Below, piece by piece: positions 58,799 through 64,000 of a stretch of DNA of 64,000 bases. Made by a program: the position numbers and the translations under genes. This stretch comes from Eledone cirrhosa. Lineage: Eukaryota. A model generated the notes under the pieces. The model was not told where the DNA came from and made no database searches. It was given only the letters and a program-made list of their open reading frames with translations. Numbering within the stretch: the first letter of the stretch is position 1; every line of letters starts with the position of its first letter. The stretch is from assembly GCA_964016885.1 (NCBI GenBank), contig OZ024750.1, positions 48,856,001 through 48,920,000 of the forward strand, in the 5' to 3' direction.

Positions 58799-59033
58799 AA
58801 TATTTCTTTTGTTAAACATTATTGTTGTAAACAATATAAATTGTTTTGTTTTATGTAACTCAAGTGTAGAAATAGTGCGTTTGTGTTTATGTTAGAGTTT
58901 TAATATGCTCTTTTTCAATAAGAATATGTGTGTTCTTTTTTGAACATAGTGGACCTTGACTCTTGAGGTCACTGGTTGTGACTTGGGGATAACTCATATG
59001 AACATAAAGCAAGATAAATGAAAAAGTAATAAT

Positions 59034-59139
59034 TGTTGCTACTTTAGGCACAACGCCAGCAATTAACCAGTACATTACTGGTACTTTATTTTATCGACCA
59101 TGTATGGATGAAAGGCAAAGTTAACGTCGGCGGCATTTC
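59034..59139 (-). mobile_element. 5'-truncated SINE with 13-bp TSD
   Basis: TSD AAAAAGTAATAAT at 59021-59033 and 59140-59152. Confidence 0.85.
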
Positions 59140-59152
59140 AAAAAGTAATAAT

Positions 59153-59760
59153 GAAGCACCGCATTGACAAGAAGGAGGCTAACTCACTGCTGGATCTGTG
59201 GAGAGAGGACATTGTGGCTCATATGGTATCTGAGTGTAAACACCTAGCCCAGACTCACTATAACGAAAGGAATCATGATATGATAGGAAATGTCATTCAC
59301 TGGCATCTTGGCAAAGTAAACAATTTACCACATACTAAGAAATGGTTTGAGCATAAACCAGAGTCAGCAATAGAAAACGATCAAGTAAAGGTGTTAGGGG
59401 ATTTCAGGATACAGACGGACAAGAACTTAGAACACAATAGGCCTGACCTTGTGCTTGTTGACAAAGAAAAACGATCGTGCCCGATTGTAGATGTAGGCTG
59501 CCCATTTGACACGAGAGTGCAAGAAAAGGAGAAGCAAAAAAAATAATCGATACCAGGATTTAAAGTAGGAGTTAAACAGAATCTGGGACTGTCATGAGAT
59601 GAAAGTCGTCCCGATTGTCATAGGAGCACTAGTTACTATCTCGAACGATTTTCAAGGACGGTTAAATAACATTAGTCCAGCGCCCTTTTCTGGAACACTT
59701 AAAACTGCATACTTGCTTGGAACGGCAAGATCCCTCCGATACGTCTTGAATATCTAAGGC
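59153..59760 (+). mobile_element. R4/Dong-like LINE 3' fragment (zinc knuckle remnant and restriction-like endonuclease)
   Basis: HMVSECKHLAQ..Y.ERNHD; DFRIQTD..LEHNRPDLVLVDK; IVDVGCPFD..EKEK; VVPIVIGAL. Confidence 0.85.
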
Positions 59761-59829
59761 TGTAAGCAGCGGCTTAATGTTCATTTGAACAAACTTTCCA
59801 GTTAAATAACATCTATGATTGGGTCTCCA

Positions 59830-60050
59830 GAAATTACCCAGTATATCACTGGTACTTTACTTTATCGACCAGGTAAGGATGAAAGGCAATGCCAACAATT
59901 ATCTCAGTGCATAATTGGTGCTTTAATTTATCGAACACGTAAGGATGAAAGGCAAAGTTTATCTCGGCGGGATTTGTACTCAGATCGCAAATCGCCGTAA
60001 CTCTATGCAGCAAACCATATCATCCAAACCTCCACCGAAACTGCCAATCC
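59830..60050 (-). mobile_element. Degenerate tandem SINE copies (another at about 63465-63560)
   Basis: ggtactttactttatcgacc..aaggatgaaaggcaa present twice. Confidence 0.75.
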
Positions 60051-60067
60051 ATCGATTATGATAATGC

Positions 60068-63000
60068 TTTCTTTATTAGCAACAGTGTATACAAACATAC
60101 ATTAGGGGCAGTACAGGACTATGCACTGTGCTATTTTTGTTTGAAATAATATTTATAACAGAGATTAAAAAAATAACATAAAAAAAAACATAACAAATTC
60201 ACCAAAGGTGAGGAGAGTCCAAGGGTGACTTGTGGACAAATCCCACGAAAGACACGGTCACCCTGACCGCTAGGGATGTGTGCACTTTCCCAGTTGTCCT
60301 CCTTCAATTACAACAGCTTGCTCAGGGCAGGCTCATTAGCATGGGCTATTCTTGCCTCTGTCTCCCACCTTCCAACAAACTGGTAGGAAAACAGCACTGC
60401 TCTCTCCACCCTGGTCTTTCTTTTAAGGTGTAACTTGCACAGGTTGATGAGATCGACTCCGAAGAGAAAAGTCCCCTTTTTCATCCCTTTCGGACGTGTT
60501 AACCATATGACCTCTTTCACCACGGCCACCAGGTAGCTAAGATCTGCCTGCACTTCCCGTTTAAAAGAGAGTGGCAGGGCAATATCCTGATGGTCTGATA
60601 CCTGGATCCGTCCCACACGTGACCACAGATTTTAGACACACAAGATGTTAAACCCGCAAGATATTAGACCTACAAGTCAGTGATACTCGGGCACTGGACG
60701 AGTGTGTGCAGTACGGTCTCGTCGCCCTAAACGCACCTCGGACAAGCCAGGCTGACGGCACTGCCTGTAAAATTTATCTCAAAATGGCAAAGTTTGAAGG
60801 CTACTCGGCCAGGATAGAGATATTTGGAAGTCATCCACTGGGCCTGCATCGAAAGTCCTCTGGCAGATAATAGCTAGTAAAATTTCGTCGACACCCAGAA
60901 TGTTCTAATGGACATCATCGCTCTTTCCCCTCGCGAAGCCTATATAGAACGCCAATGTGGAATTTCCACCATCGCAAAGCCCGATTGCCGAAGGCCAGTC
61001 TGCGCTTTGAGACTTTCCAGTTTCCAAGCAGTCCCATGCGAACTACACTTGAGCCAGGATTGCAGCTCCGTCAAGAAGATGAGCTGAGATGAAACCTGCT
61101 TAGTGAAAGGTAATCAGACCTGTTTAGCGTCTAGGAAAATCTGGAGTTGTCGTAGACTTAGCGCATGTTTGCGTATCCTCATCCACAGAAATCTGTTGAC
61201 AGGAGGTCTACCATATAACCACTGGAGTGAATCCCTTTCACAAAAAGTGAAAAAACAAATGCTCCAGTGCAGTCAGATGAGCCTTAGAATAAGGCACGAC
61301 TGTCAGGTTGTAAGGAATGACGGACGTGATGTACGCTTTCGCCACCTCCACGCAATCTTTCAGGGATAGCTTCCTCTCGGTCCATTTATGGGTGAGCGAG
61401 GCGACCTTGCTCGTTATCTCGTTCCAGTTTCTGTTCATCTGGAGATCTGGAACAAAATAAATACGTAGCAATTTAACCGGCCCCTCCGTCTAGCGCCCGA
61501 CGATTCTGTTGGACGGCATGGACCTGGGTATGCAGGTACCGAGCTACAGGTCTAACGACCATTCCTCGTTAATATTTGCTTCTGTCAGCACCTCATATTC
61601 TCTTAAATTAGTGCTGATGAACTCGATGTGTTTGGCGTTCGACAACATTACGGTGACGTCATCGGCAGAAGCTGAGGTGGTTCTCCCGCATCCCTGTTCG
61701 CGTGGGATTAATCACAGTATCTGCAGTTTGTGCAGTAATGGCTCTAGAGTCAATATATACAACATCAACGAACGGATACCACCTTGGCGAACACTCTCAC
61801 TACAGAGCAGAAGCCCTTATGCATGGCAGCGACCCACCCTCTGAAAACAGGCCAAAATCCGGCAATTGTGTGTAAAGTCCGTAGGGTAGACCATTGAAAC
61901 CAGGTGGTTTACCCATCATGCCGCGAGTCTTTCCCTCCCATAGTTCAGCAGCAGTTAACAGCTTTTCGCCTCCCCCCATCTCCGTCTCAGAGTGCCGTGG
62001 GTTAACCTTGAGGTAGGGACTTAAACCTATTCAGCGTTCTTGCTTGCCAGTGCTCCCGAACATTTGACAGAAACTTTGTTGAAGGGCCGTGCACATCTGC
62101 TCGCGATTAACCAACGAGTACCGTTCGTGGTGTGCTAAAACCGGATGGTGGCTTTGTTGGCACGCCAGCCCTCCGACAACCGGGCCCTTTGAATGGTTTT
62201 CAGCCCGTCGTGTCCTAGTACATGTTCCCCAGCTCTGACAACGCAGTCTTTGTTATTAGCGTTGAAGAATCGGTTGAGAGCTAATCCGGTCGCTTACACA
62301 TCGGTAACGATGCCTTTTCTAAGCACCTCATATTTGTCTCTACTTAGTTCTCCATTTTGTCTATTCTTTCCTCTCACTATAGCTATTCTAAACTTAACGG
62401 ATTATATTTTGATTATAATTTTCAGGTCGAACCACCATTTAGTGTTCACGACTGCGCAAGTCGACGCCAGCTTAACTAATTCGCTAATCCGCTCTCTGCA
62501 GTTCTTACGCCCCAGGAGCGAAGCGTTCAGCTTTCAGTAGCCAAGACACTGTCTATGAAATCTAACTATGTTGACGCCGTAAATTTGTGACCTGTGTAGT
62601 CGATCAAATTGAAAAGTAGACACACTATTCTAGTCTTATCTATATCGTTACACAAGACCCTATCTAGATACGCTTTGGAAGACATGGTGCGGTTTGTCCA
62701 TTTCCACATTTAAGAAATACAGATCGAACCTGTCAGATATTTGGATACGCCAGAGCAAGTTTGCGAGAATGTTACCACCTCCTCCAATATCCGCTACTCC
62801 CTCACAGTACCAGTTTGCATCCAACAACCCGTTGCGGTCACCTGCTATCACTAAAGATTGGGACGTTCCTAGAAACATATCCAGTCGCTAGACGAGAACA
62901 GGCCGTCCCGCCCCTCTCGGGGAATGCAGGGCTGCCAACCTGAAAGCGTGACCTTCTCCGCTGCTCACGTCCAGCTACCATCATTATACCTTCTGGATCC

Positions 63001-64000
63001 AAAAAGATGGTCCGTATCTCCACATCCAGACACCTCAGAAACAACATGGCTACTCTGCCTCCAGATGCAAGATGGCTTGTGGATGCTTACATCTTGAAAT
63101 CGACGAAAATGGGCGGAAACCCCGTGCCACGGATATTCAGGTCTCACTGAGGGCCTCCACATAAATGTTCAGAGATGTGAGGTCGTTGAGCAGGTGGTCC
63201 TGCTTCCAAGTAGACACCAGGCCGTGTGATTTATGCTGCCTATTGTGAGAGAAGGCATTCTCGATCAGGTGGGTGAATCATTCTATGGCTCGGTGTGGGT
63301 ATCTCCACAAGAATATCGGAATATTTTCTTCTTGAAAAGGTTCCTCTATATTTTCTGACTGCCGCGGGGAACTTAGTTTTCATACGTGTATATGCATTTC
63401 GCGTGATTTGGAAAATCTTATCTGTGGTGGGTGTGGACATTTTTGTGGTCGTACATAACTAGTAATTGTTTCTAAGTTAGGCACAAGGCCAGCACATACG
63501 CAGTGTATTACTGGTACTTTGTTTTATCGACCCCGTAAGGATGAAAGCAAAGTTAATATCGCTGAATCGTTGTTAGTAATTTAGTAGGTTTTGGTTGTTT
63601 ATGTCTATTGCTCTGTTAAGCGAGTGCGGTGTTGGTGTTTTTGGTTTTGCTTGCTGTGGTATTGATGTAGGTGGTGATGAAGTTGGTTGCGCTGATGGCG
63701 ATGTACATGTTAGTATGGTGGCGTGGGTGTTTCTTGTGGCAGTAGTGCGGGTGTAAGTGTTAACGGGGATGTGGATGTTGGTGCTGATGGCTTGATATTT
63801 TACTTTTTTTGTTTCCAGGGCCAAGAGAGTGATTTTTTTTTCTTTTGGTTTTCCTCAAGGCGACGGTTTGCTACCTCTCTGCGGCACCACACTCAGTGTC
63901 AAACTGTGTCATGTCAGGGAGGAGTACATTTTCTACTGGCGTTGGTGCTTTTGTTGGTGATGGATGTTGTGGCTTTGGTTTTGAAGGTTTTGGAGCTCGT
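60068..64000 (-). mobile_element. Older Tx1/L1-type LINE, runs off the window end
   Basis: SLVIAGD.N, ASADDVTV, KWTERKLSLK, KEVIWLTR; collinear with 24943-29055. Confidence 0.82.

Overview
AT-rich, repeat-dense animal genomic DNA. The dominant tRNA-derived SINE and the repeat mix point to an octopod cephalopod; this is inferred, not checked against a database. The only intact host gene is a UDP-glycosyltransferase with a single coding exon (57281-58798, +), preceded by a splice acceptor. The rest is decayed mobile DNA: about ten Penelope-like element (PLE) fragments, three Tx1/L1-type LINE loci, RTE, R4/Dong-like and CRE-like fragments, Helitron and hAT remnants, SINEs and many (TA)n microsatellites. 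Four patterns stand out. (1) More than a dozen hammerhead ribozyme motifs from several families sit in palindromic PLE terminal-repeat remnants nested in (TA)n. (2) One hammerhead family has a CCGAUGA core and a very long stem II. (3) Four back-to-back intron-like units (AG|GT ratchet points) lie about 2.3 kb upstream of the UGT acceptor. (4) The UGT has an AAT (Asn) codon at the apparent catalytic-dyad Asp position, which A-to-I editing could restore. Boundaries of degraded elements are approximate and all calls were made by eye.
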